64,000 nt of DNA from Chrysemys picta bellii (GCF_011386835.1 NC_088811.1:13888001-13952000); one strand, 5' to 3'. Shown: positions 47,881-59,853, counted from the first letter of the stretch. Made by a program: numbers and translations. Notes: a model not told the origin generated them from the letters alone.

Positions 47881-48621
47881 CCATTGCTACTGTCCAAATA
47901 CACAATATATGGGGCAAAACCTCTAGTGAGGCCTGGGGTGCAGCACTCTGTCCCCTTGGTAGGGCCGACATTACAGTGGAACATGTGTCTCGCTGACAAG
48001 AGGTCTGCTGATCTCTCCTCTGACAGCATGGCCGGCCACAAAGGGGTGAATGCCCACAGCAATGCATCACCGGCTGGGCCTTGTACATTCCAGCCCTATT
48101 ATTTGTATTGCTTCAGTTCCACTCCCTTTCTTTATGCTACTAAAATAGCCCTCCTCTTCCTGCCCTTTTTGCGTTTCCTCTCCCCCCCGCTTTCCTCCCA
48201 CACACTTTAAATTGGCTCCTCATTAAAAAGCGGAGTCTCCTGGCTCCTCCCTGGCTTCACAGGGGGGTGGAACAAGGGACTGGAGCAGAGATGGAGAGAG
48301 ATCGGCGAAGAGTGCTGAGGAAAGGGGGAGGCAGGGTATGGAGGAGAGGAAGAGGGAATGCCTGAGAAGGGCAGAGGGCCACCCCTCTGCGCTCATCTGC
48401 GTGGCTCTTTCCTAATGTCCTCTCTCTCCCCTCCCCTTGTGGGTTTTTTTCTATCCCCTTTTCAGGCCTGAAGCAGGTGATATTTTAGGGACCCCCTGCT
48501 GGTTTTGACTGGCTAAATATCAGCCGTTCTAAGCCTTCTGGGGTTCGCTGAGACCGAATGGTACTGCTGCACTCTAATTCTAAGCTGTTGTGTTCTGACT
48601 TGCTGGCTATTGAAGGAGGAG

Positions 48622-48760
48622 GAATCATAGAACAGGGTTGGAAGGGACCTCAGGAGGTCATCTAGTCCAACCCTCTGCTCAAAGCAGGACCAATCCCCAA
48701 CTAGATCATCCCGGCCAGGGCTTTGTCAAGCCGGGCCTTAAAAACCTCTAAGGAAGGAGA
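48622..48760 (-). mobile_element. CR1 3' end, short and 5'-truncated
   Basis: Reverse complement of the 36170-36305 CR1 3' region: GAATCATAGAA...GGGTTGGAAGGGACCTCAGGAGGTCATCTAGTCCAACC. Confidence 0.95.
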
Positions 48761-49231
48761 CAGTGGCCGGGGGGGGGGGGGGGGGGGGGGGGAGAATTTC
48801 CACATTGTATCACAGTATAACTCTTCCCCCTCCCACCCCCCCACGCACTCCGATCCCGACTTCCAGTGGGAACCTATAACATTGGGTTGCCCTGCTGCTC
48901 AGGCTGCCTCCAGGGGCACAAACAAGTCTGAGCATCGTGTGGCTAATCTGCTGTTCCTCCCCCTCGCCCCTCGATGTCCCATCTCTAGTCGTTTTCACAC
49001 ATCCGGAGTGGGGCGCCACCAGAGACGTGACCAGGCAACACCTAGTCTTACTGAGTAACATTAGCGACGCAGTCTGCTCCGAGCTGAAATTGCCCATCCA
49101 AGACCAGCGGAGGCCATGGCAATTGCTGACTGTTGAGCATTTTTATATTGAGGTAAATCTGCACAATACCTAGGATGAGAGACGGGTCCTTATCCCAAAG
49201 TGCTTTTAACCTCACGTAGATAAGACACAAT

Positions 49232-49356
49232 TAGGGTGACCAGATGTCCTGATTTTATAAGGACAGTCCCGATTTTTGGGTCTTTTTCTTATATAGACTC
49301 CTATTACCTCCCCACCCCCTGTCCCGATTTTTTACATTTGCTGTCTGGTCACCCTA
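49232..49356. mobile_element. hAT (Tip100-like) MITE
   Basis: TIRs TAGGGTGACCAGA and TCTGGTCACCCTA; degenerate TSD GACACAAT/GCCACAAC. Confidence 0.85.
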
Positions 49357-49899
49357 GCCACAACACCGCAACCTGTAGGCAAGTGGCGTGTGGAGGGATC
49401 ACTGGTAAAGCGTGGAGAGAAGTTCATGGGAGAAATGAGGTTTCAGGAGGGAGGAGGAGAGAGGGATTGGATGGAGAAAAAGTCATTATTTATTACTTGC
49501 ATTGTGGTCGCACCTCGGAGCCACAGCCCTGGACCGGGATCTGATTGTACAGGGTGGTGAGATGTTGAATGAGAGATGAGCTGCGCTGAAGCCCATCTTC
49601 TCTGTCTCCAGGGGCTCTATGGGGATTCAGCGGGAGGACTGGAAGAGCTGACTGTTTCGATCCCTACACACACAGCGCAGAGCATGCTACAAGGCTGTGG
49701 TTGAAGGTCTGTCCTCACTGCTGGGACAGCTGAGTCAGGGGCTTGGATAGGGCATGACTGTTCAGTTTCAGTTTGTACTGCAGGTGGGAAGTGTCCTATT
49801 CTTTAGGCACGTCTCTTCAGTAAGGTCCCAGACAGACTTTGATCAGGAATCAGGTTGGAACCAGCCCATCTGTATTATGACCAGCTCCTCTAGCTATTG

Positions 49900-50120
49900 G
49901 TCTACATGGCCCTCATCACTGTTGTATCTAAACACCTTGCAAACAATCATTAATTTACCCTCCGAACTCTCCAGTGAGAAAGGGACGTACTATTGTCCCC
50001 ATTGTACAGGTGGGGAACCGAGGCACGGAGAGATCAAGTGACTTGCCTTACGTCACACAGGATGTCTGTGGCAGACCTGAAGATAGAACCTTAACTTCTA
50101 GCCACAGGGCCATGTTCCCG
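49900..50120 (-). mobile_element. MIR-type SINE
   Basis: TTGTCCCCATTGTACAGGTGGGGAACCGAGGCACGGAGAGATCAAGTGACTTGCC. Confidence 0.85.
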
Positions 50121-51085
50121 CCCCCGACTCCACTGTGTTTGCAGTATAGGCAGGTCCTGTTACAGAGTCAGAAATTGTTTCAAGGCCTCGGATACCTGGA
50201 GCCTTGCTCCAGTTTAGAATTTTTAAAAGGCAGTAAAGAAAAGCCAGGGTGAAGGGAGACACTAGATAAGAGAAATAAGAAAAAGAGGAGTCTTAAACTG
50301 AGCTTCATGTTCAGAGGGATTTGGGAGCTGGGCTGTGGACGCTGTTGGTATGCTGGTTTTTTACCAGTTTGATCACTTGAGTGAAGGGATGTAAGTGTTT
50401 TGTGGGATTCTTGCGGGCAAAGGCTGGATCCCAGACCCCAGTGTTTTACTGCCAATGCCAAGAGCAGTTAAATAGTAACTTTAATACAAGGGGGCTATTT
50501 TTTTCTTTAGGTTTAAAAATGTGATCCTTGAGTTTACGGCCTCAAATGATCAGACCAGGGTTTCTTCATGGTAATGTATCTCTATCAATTTATTTCTCAT
50601 TAAAAATTTTACACTGCAGTAAAAGTCAACAGTAAGAAAACAATGGAACTTTATAACCTGTTAAATCAGGCCACCAGTTTTATATAAAGCAGCCTCGGGA
50701 TATTATCAGGATTTTAAATGAAACCAAATCAATCTCATGTGGTTTTTTCCCTCTGTGACTGCATATGCTAAATACAAAAAGGGGGGGAGGGGAGAATCAT
50801 TGGCTTTGAATGTCTGTTACTAGAGAGTTTTTGGCAAGGGGAAGCCGAATTGATCTTCTCTACATATGAACAGCTTCTCTGGGCTTCTGCATTAACGATG
50901 CTTTCTCCTCCTGCCCCTGCAAAGTAAAAGATTTCAGTTTGTTATCTTGAGGGAGCCTGTTGTGAAATGTCTTTTTTACTCTTTAATTAAAGCAGGGTCA
51001 CATTTGGGATTGTTAGGTTGCAGCACAGGAGAAGAAGATTGTAACCCATTGATCTGTTATGAGGCTGGGTAGACTATTCATTATT

Positions 51086-51876
51086 ACATAAGAACATAAG
51101 AATAGCCATATTGGGTCAGACCAAAGGTCCATGTAACCCAGTATCCTGTCTTCTGACAGTGGCCAATGCCAGGTTCCCCAGAGGGAATGAACAGAACAGG
51201 GAATCATCAAGTGATCCATCCCCTGTCACCCAGCTTCTGGCAAACACCATCCCGGCTAATAGCCATTGATGGACCTATCCTCCATGAACTTACCTAGTCC
51301 TTTTTTGAACACTGTTATAGTCTTGACCTTCACAGCATCCTCTGGCGAGGAGTTCCACAGGTTGACTGTGCATTGTGTGAAAAAATACTTCCTTTTATTT
51401 GTTTTAAATCTGTTGCCTATTAATTTCATTCGGGGACCCCTAGCTCTTGTGTTATGAGAAGGAGTAAATAACATTTCCTTATTTACTTTCTCCACACCAG
51501 TCATGATTTTATAAACGTCTATCATATCCCTGCTTAATCATCTCTTTTCCAAGCTGAAATGTCCCAGTTTTATTAATCTCGCCTCATATGGCAGCCATTC
51601 CATACCCCTAATAAGTTTCGTTGCTCTTTTCTGAACCTTTTCCGATTCCGATATATCTTTTTTGAGCTGGGGCGACCACATCTGCATGCAGTATTCAAGT
51701 TGTGGGTGTACCATGGATTTATACAGAGACAATATGAGCTTTTTGGTCTTATTATCTATCCCTTTCTTAATGATTCCCAGCATGGTTCGCTTTTTTGACT
51801 GCCGCTGCACATTGAGTGGATGTTTTCAGAGCACTATCCACAATGACTCCAAGATCTCTCTTGAGTGGTAACAACT
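51086..51876 (-). mobile_element. CR1 LINE, second subfamily, with frameshifted ORF2 C-terminus
   Basis: The 3' microsatellite reads ACATAAGAACATAAGAA on the + strand. Minus-strand ORFs 51538-51810 and 51256-51525 give KVQKRATKLIRGMEWLPYEARL and [15 protein letters not shown]. Possible TSD ATTATT. Confidence 0.95.
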
Positions 51877-52393
51877 ATTATTTGTAAGATGTAAAATCCC
51901 TCCAATTCTTCCAAGGGTGGGTGGGGGCATGAGTATTAACAGGAACTCAGTGTTGTTCAGTGGAACTCATCCTGTAAGGCAGGAGGTGACCTGCAGAACA
52001 GCTGCAATTCCAAGGGTTCAGGAATGTCCACAGAACGTTACAGACACACACAGGAGGGTGAGGCGCAAGAGCTGGTGTCAATCAGCGCAGTGTCATTGAC
52101 TTCAGGGTCTACTCTTTGCTGATTTACAACACCTGTCCTGCAAGGTGCCGACCCACGCCCCATTGAAGTCTGTGTCTCTCTGCAGGGGTGCAAGGATCCA
52201 CCCAGGCGGGTATGTTTGCAGAACTGAGACCCTCCATTAAAATCGGAATGTTGTGGCTTAAGCCCATCTCTGCTCATTATGCCAGAAAGTCACATGTTTG
52301 AGAGATGCCCAGGCATATTAGCACAAAAGCGTGGGTGGGAATGAAAAGCCATTTCTAAGGGATGAAACTAAAAAACCCAAACAAACCACGAAC

Positions 52394-52710
52394 CAGGGCC
52401 GCCCAGAGGAATCAGGGGGCCTGGGGCAAAGCAATTTCAGGGGAGTGGACATAAAAAAAGGCGCCATCCGCTGCGACGCTTGTACTCACCAGGCGACGCT
52501 CCGAGTCTTCGGGGGCAGTTCGGCGGCGGGTCCTTCACTCGCTCCGGGTCTTCGGCAGCACTGAAGGACTCGCCTCTGAAGTGCCGCTGAAGACCCGGAG
52601 CGCCGCTGGGTGAGTAAAAATCCCAGGGAAGGGATTCTCGGCCAGGGCTCACGGGGCCCCTGTGGGGTCTGGGGCAAATTGCCCCACTTGCCCTCCCCCG
52701 GGCGGCCCTG
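52394..52710. mobile_element. GC-rich hAT MITE
   Basis: TIRs CAGGGCCGCCC and GGGCGGCCCTG; TSD CCACGAAC/GCATGAAC. Confidence 0.88.
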
Positions 52711-53006
52711 GCATGAACGAATACCAATTGAAAGGCGTTGCTCAGCCTTCTGTAGTGGTTTCGTGCAGCACCACTGCAGACGTTAACTTTGGCAAGAAGG
52801 TGACGTGTTAAATTGAGGTCTTGTCTCCAGACTGGACTAGCCCTGACTCAGTCATTGGTGGTTAGCAACCAGCGTCGCTGTCTCCGTGCTCCCCCCTAGA
52901 GAACATGCATGTGTTTGCCCTGAGATCATGAAGGTGAGTTTACCCATGTTATGAGGGTGGAAGACCAACAAATTCCAAAGCGTGTTTCCCAAACAATGCC
53001 ACTGCA

Positions 53007-53974
53007 CAGTTGGCCATCACATGGTCACCGAAAGCTTCAGGGGCGCAATAAATTTGCCAGTGCTGAACATAAACTGAATATCCAGACAGACCTAGCTAGA
53101 GATGGATCCGGGTGGTACTCGGTCTGCAAGGAGGCTACGTCCCCGTGGGATTTGCCAAGCTGTTGCTGCCACCCCTTGGCCCCCTCCCTGCCCCTCACGG
53201 TAATCTAGTTAAACTGCAATCGGTACTACCTTTGGCTTGCCCTTGTCCGCACTTCAGAGTCAGCAGCACCAGTTCAGCTACACCGATGGCTGAGGTGGGG
53301 CTAGTCCAGTGTGCAGGCAAGGCTCAAAATGAGAGAGACTCTGGAAAAGCCAGGGCAGCTGCAGTAAAGCACGGATAGTCAATAGGCAGACCGTGGGCCA
53401 AATCCGGACCGCCAGCCACTTTTGAATGGACTTCGAAATCTTGATTTACTTCTTATTATCCTTATTGTTCGTTTATTTTTATTATTTTCTCAGTTGGCCA
53501 TCACATGGTCACCGAAAGCTTCAGGGGCTCAATAAATTTGCCAGTGCTGAACATAAACTGAATATCCAGACAGACCTAGCTAGAGATGGATCCGGGTGGT
53601 ACTCGGTCTGCAAGGAGGCTACGTCCCCGTGGGATTTGCCAAGCTGTTGCTGCCACCCCTTGGCCCCCTCCCCGCCCCTCACGGTAATCTAGTTAAACTG
53701 CAATCGGTACTACCTTTGGCTTGCCCTTGTCCGCACTTCAGAGTCAGCAGCACCAGTTCAGCTACACCGATGGCTGAGGTGGGGCTAGTCCAGTGTGCAG
53801 TCATGGCTCAAAATGAGAGAGACTCTGGAAAAGCCAGGGCAGCTGCAGTAAAGCACGGATAGTCAATAGGCAGACCGTGGGCCAAATCCGGACCGCCAGC
53901 CACTTTTGAATGGACTTCGAAATCTTGATTTACTTCTTATTATCCTTATTGTTCGTTTATTTTTATTATTTTCT
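53007..53974 (+). repeat. Tandem duplication, 2 x 484 bp
   Basis: Copies 53007-53490 and 53491-53974 differ at 4 positions with no indels. Duplicated ORFs are offset by exactly 484. Confidence 0.97.
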
Positions 53975-54045
53975 CTGGAGTCTGGATCTTGACTGTACCT
54001 TGACCGAGAAATTTGGACCTTGGAAAAAAATAATTGACGGCCCTC
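53854..54045 (-). mobile_element. hAT MITE (complete copy; partial duplicate at 53370-53490)
   Basis: Termini CACGGATAGTCAAT and ATTGACGGCCCTC; TSD CAGTAAAG/CACTAAAG; same family as 18105-18297. Confidence 0.85.
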
Positions 54046-54883
54046 CACTAAAGTCGTATCATCGGGTCAGTGTGGAAAACGGTCATGATATTTCTTAGGT
54101 GGCTCATTGATTTGGCTGAGTAGGACTCTGTTCATCTGGGGCCAGGGAAAGATTCTCCAGATGTAAATGCAGAGGGAGTGGGGGAGGTAGGAGGATCAAT
54201 TTCCACTGTCCAAATTTGATTTATTGCCATTAGAAGAAGAAATTCTTTATCTCCCTCTCCCTCTCTCTCTCTGAAGGAATTGCTTTCCTGTTTTTATAGA
54301 GTCGCTCTTTAATAACAGCCCTGTTTGTCCGAACCCTGATATTTTGATAACCTTTAGAATTCAGAGGACATTCGCCCCCTATTTTAACTGCGAGAGTTCC
54401 CTTTGGATTAAGTAATTAAGGGGGCTTTTTTTTTTTTTTTAAAGCTAGAAGGTTACGATAACGGTGTGTCTGCAGAGTGATTTCGCCAGACCAGAACTGA
54501 GCACACCGAGGCCCTGAATGTTGAGTTTGAACACAGAGGGGAAATAAGAAGAGAGTCATTCCGGATGACGCTAGCTGCTGCAGCTCACAGCCATCCCAAA
54601 AGCATCTCTGCAGCCATATGTACGCGTGATGTGTGGTGACATTTTTGCAATTAATGCGTTGTATGGGGCCCTTTCATACTGGCGAGGCAATTTAGCACAC
54701 AATGTTGAGATGAATCACTCTTCCTGTGGAGGTGTGTGTATGATGATGCTGCCAAAGCGATCTTGAAATGGCAAAGGAAGAGAAGCAGCAATCTGCGGGG
54801 CATATGGGTTGATATTTTTCTCCCTTCGTCTGAGGGATGCTGGGATGGGAGAGTAGGTTCAGGTTTCATGGTTTTAAGGCACA

Positions 54884-55125
54884 GGGACACGTTCAGAGGT
54901 GATGTAAGTGCCACGTTGGCTAGTGGTTGTAAGGGAGTCTAATATGACGTGGTATGTGTCATGGGGATGAAGGGAGGTGTAAATTGAATTGTGAGGTGGC
55001 CAAATTTAATTTACACCTTCTTACATTCTCATGTTACACCCCTCTGGTCTGAGATGGTGTAAGTTACACTGTCTTCGATCACACACACTTACCAACATGT
55101 AACTTGCATCACCCCTGAATTTGGC
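54884..55125. mobile_element. Old foldback MITE-like element
   Basis: 42-bp terminal arms (54884-54925 and 55084-55125) are 32/42 complementary. A central hairpin lies between them. Confidence 0.7.
54955..55038 (+). ncRNA. Candidate pre-miRNA-like hairpin
   Basis: 36-position bulge-free stem: 28 Watson-Crick pairs, 6 G.U, 2 mismatches, 12-nt loop. Expression unknown. Confidence 0.4.
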
Positions 55126-55789
55126 CCATGGAGAGATTAGCGTTTCGTAAGTGAAGTGATCTAATTCAGCAGACTGCCCTTCAGTCTCTCTGTCCCGGTG
55201 CACAGTGTCCCCAACCACTCTGCATTCAACATGCTCCCAATAACTTTTGTCTTGTGTAACACCCAGGTCACTATCAAGTTTTAGGGTTTGGGGTCGCCTA
55301 CAGTGTTTCCATTTGATCTTTGCTCATCTTCTGTAGTGTCTGCTACATCGGAGAGAGACTTGTGGTTGAAATGAATGGAGGGGCTGTATCTCAATCCCTT
55401 TGAAAATCTCAACCCATGTCTTTGTATTTTCCCGTGTGTCTTGTACAGCACCAAGCACACAGTTGACCTTTAACAAATAATACAAATTTTTAGACAGCTG
55501 CATTGAATTAATTAATGCCAGCACTAAAATAATCACATTGATCCAACCAGCTCGGAATCCTTTCCGAACATATGTTAAATTTTCTGACCTTTGAACTCGG
55601 GAAATTGTGTAAATATGGGAACTACAGCAGAGACCAAAGTAAATCTGAAGTGTTCTCACTCAAGCTTCCTGTGAGAGTGCAAATCCTTATTCACGTGAGT
55701 AGCCCCTGTTCATCTGAACTGTCCCTTCGCAGTCGATATGAAGCACCTTGGAAGTCAATGACACTGTTCTTTGTGAGTTGGGTCTACTC

Positions 55790-56905
55790 CAGGGGTGGCC
55801 AACCTGTGCCTCCGGAGCCACATGCGGCTCTTCAGAAGTTAATAGGAGGCTCCTTGTCTAGGCACCGACTCTGGGGCTGGAGCTACAGGCGCCAACTTTC
55901 CAAAGTGCCCAGGAGTGGCGAGTTATATGGGCCCATGGTGTCCATGCTCCAGGAACATTCAGGGCCTGGGGGCCCGGCTCTACCAATGTTTGGGGCCGGG
56001 TCTCTCCCCCGGCCCCGCCAGCCTCCCCCAGAGCATCTCCCGGCCCCGCCTACCGCCCTTGCAAGCCTCCCCTGGAGCATCTCCCAGCCCTGCCTGCTGC
56101 CCCTGGGCAATTTAAAAGGGCCCAGGGGCCCCCAGCCGCTGCCGCCACCACCAGCAGTGCAGCGGGGCTCAGGTGGCTTCTCGCGCTGCGCCACTCCTGG
56201 AAGCGGCCCGAACCGGCCCTATGGCCCCCGGGGTGTGTGTGTGTCTCTGCATGCTGCCCCTGCCCCGAGGGCCAACTCCGCAGCTCCCATTGGCCAGGAA
56301 CTGTGGCCAATGGGAGCTGCGGAGGCAGTGCCTGTGGGCAGCGGTGCACGGAGACCTCCCCAGACCCCCTGCCTAGGAGCTGCCGCCAGACGGGTGTGCG
56401 GGTCCCTTTCGGGAGCCGCCCGAGGTAAGCGCCGCATCCCTCACCCACTCCTGCACCCCAATCCCCTGCCCCAGCCCAGACCGTGCACCCAGCACACAAA
56501 CTCACTCCCAGAGCCTTAGACAAGTGGCGGGGGGCGCGGGATTTGGACCCATTCTGGGCACCCCCAAAACTTATACAAACCTGCTGCCCCTGAATGTGCT
56601 GGGGGGTGCTCACTGCTCAACCCCTGGCTCTGCCACCGGCCCAGTCCCCACTCCACCCCCTCCTGCCCCTCCCCTGAGCCTGCTGTGCCCTCGCTCCTCT
56701 CCCCTCCCCTGCCCCCAAGCCTCCTGCATGCCAGGAAACGGCTGATTGGGAGGTGCGGGGAGGGAGGGGGAGACGCTGATCCCGGGCGGGAGGCACGGGG
56801 AGCAGGGGGGAACTGATAGGGGGCTGCTGACTTATTACTGTGGCTCTTTGGCAATGTACATTGGTAAATTCTGGCTCCTTCTCCCGCTCAGGTTGGCCAC
56901 CCCTG
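55790..56905. mobile_element. Non-autonomous hAT element (host of a nested hAT)
   Basis: TIRs CAGGGGTGGCCAACC and GGTTGGCCACCCCTG; perfect TSD GTCTACTC. Confidence 0.93.
55910..56592. mobile_element. Nested GC-rich hAT element
   Basis: Termini CAGGAGTGGC and GCTGCCCCTG; TSD AAAGTGCC/AATGTGCT (6/8). Confidence 0.7.
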
Positions 56906-57957
56906 GTCTACTCTCATAAATGTAGTATTGCAAATAGGTGCACAATCAATCAGGGCTCAAGGGGCTTACATACATTTTCAAGATCTCGGCTAGCTCTGCA
57001 TTAGCAAATATATGTTAAGTCTTCACAGTTTGCTCGCTCTTGCATTCCTTCAGGAGCACATTGTCATAAACGTATTGCCTTGGCTTGCAGGGAGTTTATC
57101 ACAGATTCAAGATGAATGTGCAGAAAAAGAATCTGATTGTAATTACTGTGGCTCTGTTCTGCGTTTTGGAAAGTCCATCCTCCTGCAATGACAAAAGGGC
57201 ATTAAATAAAGGAATAGCATGGTCCCAGGTAGCATGAGGAGAGTCTGTTGATTGCCAGAAGGAGCGCATAGAGGCGTTGACTCTGAAAGCAGCCTAAAAA
57301 AAAATTAATGGCCTGGGAGTTTTCCTAGTCTGATTTTTCTAATTGTAAGGAAAAGCTCTAGTTGTACCTGATTTCATTTCTTCTCAGCCTGCCTTTGTCT
57401 CACAACAATGTGGGACTGGGTTAATTTGAGATCTGATTGGAGTATTGACAGGCCTGACTCAGGTTTGCAATTCTGCACAAGGATATGACATGGAAAGGCA
57501 GAAGAATGCAAATGAGCAATCCCAGTCAAGCTGTTGGACCACATTCAGACCTGGTGTAAGCAATGCTGAGTCAGGGGTATTGACCCTCTAACACCAGATC
57601 TGAATTTGCCCCTTACACAGGAACGAAAATAAATAAGTAGAGAAACCAGTGCAGAGGAGCAATGGAGAACGAATGACATGTTAGAGTATAACAAGGCCAA
57701 GTGTGAGCCCCACCAGTCATGGAGGACCAGTTGCTTCCTGCTTTGGAGCAGGAATCTTTGCGGGGGGTGCTCATCTTCTCACTTGTTCACACAGATAAAC
57801 ATCAAGGGCAAAATTTTCAGACGTGCCTACGTGATTTAGGAGTCAGTCTCATTTACAAAAGTCCCTTTGGCCAAGTCTCACTGAAAGCCAGTGGGATTTA
57901 GACTCATACATGCCCAAGTTGCTGTTGAAAACAGGACTTACCCTAAGTGATATCGGA

Positions 57958-58200
57958 GTCTATGTCTACACTGCAATTAAATACCCGCAGCTGGCTCATG
58001 TCACCTGACTCAGGCTTGTGGGGCTGTTTAATTGTGGTGTAGACGTTAAGGCTTGGACTGGAGCCTAAGGTCCTGGGATCCAACCCAAGCCCAAATGTCT
58101 ACATGGCCATATTTAGCCCTGTAGCCCAAGCCCGGTGAGCTTGTCAGCTGACCCAGGCCAGCTGCAGACGTGTCACAGGTCTTTGATTCCAGATGTACTC
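57958..58200. mobile_element. Harbinger-type MITE inside an older foldback repeat (57806-58225)
   Basis: Left TIR GTCTATGTCTACACTGCAATTAAATACCCG; internal GTGTAGAC and GTCTACA; decayed right end. Confidence 0.7.
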
Positions 58201-59665
58201 TCGAGCACTTTTGAAAATGGCGCCCCTCTTATCTTTCAAAAATTGCATCTCTGAGTAAAGCAATTACATGCAAAGGACAGCGCTGTTCTGAAGACAGCGC
58301 TATCCTCTGGGCTGTGTGGTGTGAGTGCTGTTGCTGGGGCACACGGGACCTGTTGCTTTGTCAGCACTCCCGCCGGGCACACAGCCAACCCCTTCCCCCC
58401 CAATGTCCTGGATCACCTTGACTCTTCCCACTTGGCGACAGGGTCTTCAAGGAGTTCAACCACCATCTTGAAGGATGAAATAGAAGGGTCCCTTCAGAGC
58501 TGCTGAAATCCTACGTGGCTGTCTCGTGAACCCCATTTTCCTCCCTCCCACAGTAGCAGTAAATGTCCTGGTTGGCTTCTTGCAATGTCTGTCTAAATAA
58601 TTAGGAGCGGCATCTGGCTATTAAACCCTTTCACCCACAAACATGTGGGGGAGGTGACATCAAACTCCAGTGCTTTTCCATGGTCCTTCTTGCCCCTTGA
58701 TGTTTGACCATACACACTGCAACTGGAAGATGCCTCTTGGGGTTTTCCCCCGCAGAAAGTTCATTCACTTCTTCAAAAATCATTATTATAATGAAAATAA
58801 CCCATTGGTGGCCTTTGGTGATGTGCTCACAACTCCTATCGATTTGAGGGCGATCGGCACGTGTGCATAGAAAAAAAGGAAGAATTTCGTCCTGGATCGG
58901 TTTGGCTGGAAGAGAACAATGTGCACATTTGTATCTTTTCTGTAAGGTAATCCTCATTTTCCTCCTCGCAGGATTGCCACATGGCATAAAGAGGGCAGGG
59001 TCCTATTGAGTGTTCCTGGAGTTCTGCATTTGCAGGGCTAGTGTGTGTCAGAAAGGAGCCATCATTTTTATATCTTCTTATTGATCAGATCAATGAAGTA
59101 GCACGTGTCCACAAGCATGTGCAGTGGATCCGCAGGAGTCAGAACATCAATGTAGAATCAGTATCATACATAGAAAACAACATGACGAGGACAGAAAATT
59201 GGGCACAACTAATCAGTTGGACCTTTAGTGAACAGTGGCTGCACGTTCAAACCAAGGGTACTGTTCATCTGGAAGCTAATGAGCCAGATCTTCAGCTTGC
59301 GTAAATCAGCATTACTCCATTGAGCTCAACACAGCTGTGTAGATTTTTCAGCTGAGGATCTGGCCTGGTGTTGTTACATATTTTTTTTTCCACACAATGG
59401 ATTCCATGCCAAGCTTTCTCCTTCCTCTTTGGGGGTGTAAATCTTCCAGAGGGAGAATTAGAACCCTGTTAAATATGTGTGTGATTATATTATTATAGAA
59501 ACCTAAACAAATGGCCTTTCAGCAGGTAGAAACTGGATTAGATCAGTGAGTGCCCTATCCTGCAAAGTGTTGTGCGTTGTGATATTGGCTTAGAAGCAAT
59601 GACTGAAAGCCTGATTCAGGAAAGCTCTTTAGCAAGTACTAAAACTACGTTGAAGTTAAAGGACT

Positions 59666-59853
59666 GGGGGGAGGGATAGCTCATTGAGCATTGGCCTGCT
59701 AAACCTAGGGTTGTGAGTTCAATCCTTGAAGAGGCCACTTAGGGATCTGGGGCAAAATCAGTACTTGGTCCTGCTTGTGAAGGTAGGGGGCTGGACTTGA
59801 TGAGTATCTGGGGGTGGTCCCTTCCAGTTCTATGAGATAGGTATATCTCCATG
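59666..59853 (+). mobile_element. tRNA-derived turtle polIII-type SINE with CR1-like 3' end
   Basis: Head GGGGGGAGGGATAGCTC, B-box GAGTTCAATCC, tail GGGGGCTGGACTTGATG...GGTCCCTTCCAGTTCTATGA, which resembles the CR1 3' UTR at 36245-36305. Confidence 0.9.

Noticed and set aside
55572-56519. 315-aa ORF, the longest in the track
   Set aside because: Most of it lies in two nested GC-rich hAT elements. It is Pro/Gly/Ala-rich and low complexity, with several overlapping ORFs on both strands and no transposase motifs.
5670-56955. Recurrent AATCAAT/ATTGATT motif across the window
   Set aside because: I counted about ten occurrences, which is roughly what base composition predicts for a 7-mer on two strands in 64 kb. 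It is only meaningful inside local clusters.
58840-59304. Protein-like frames FEGDRHVCIEKKEEF... and DQINEVARVHKHVQW...
   Set aside because: They have no convincing acceptor and in-frame stops close by, and I recognise no family.
59666-59725. Possible tRNA gene
   Set aside because: The cloverleaf is broken and the sequence continues into a CR1-like tail, so it is a SINE head.
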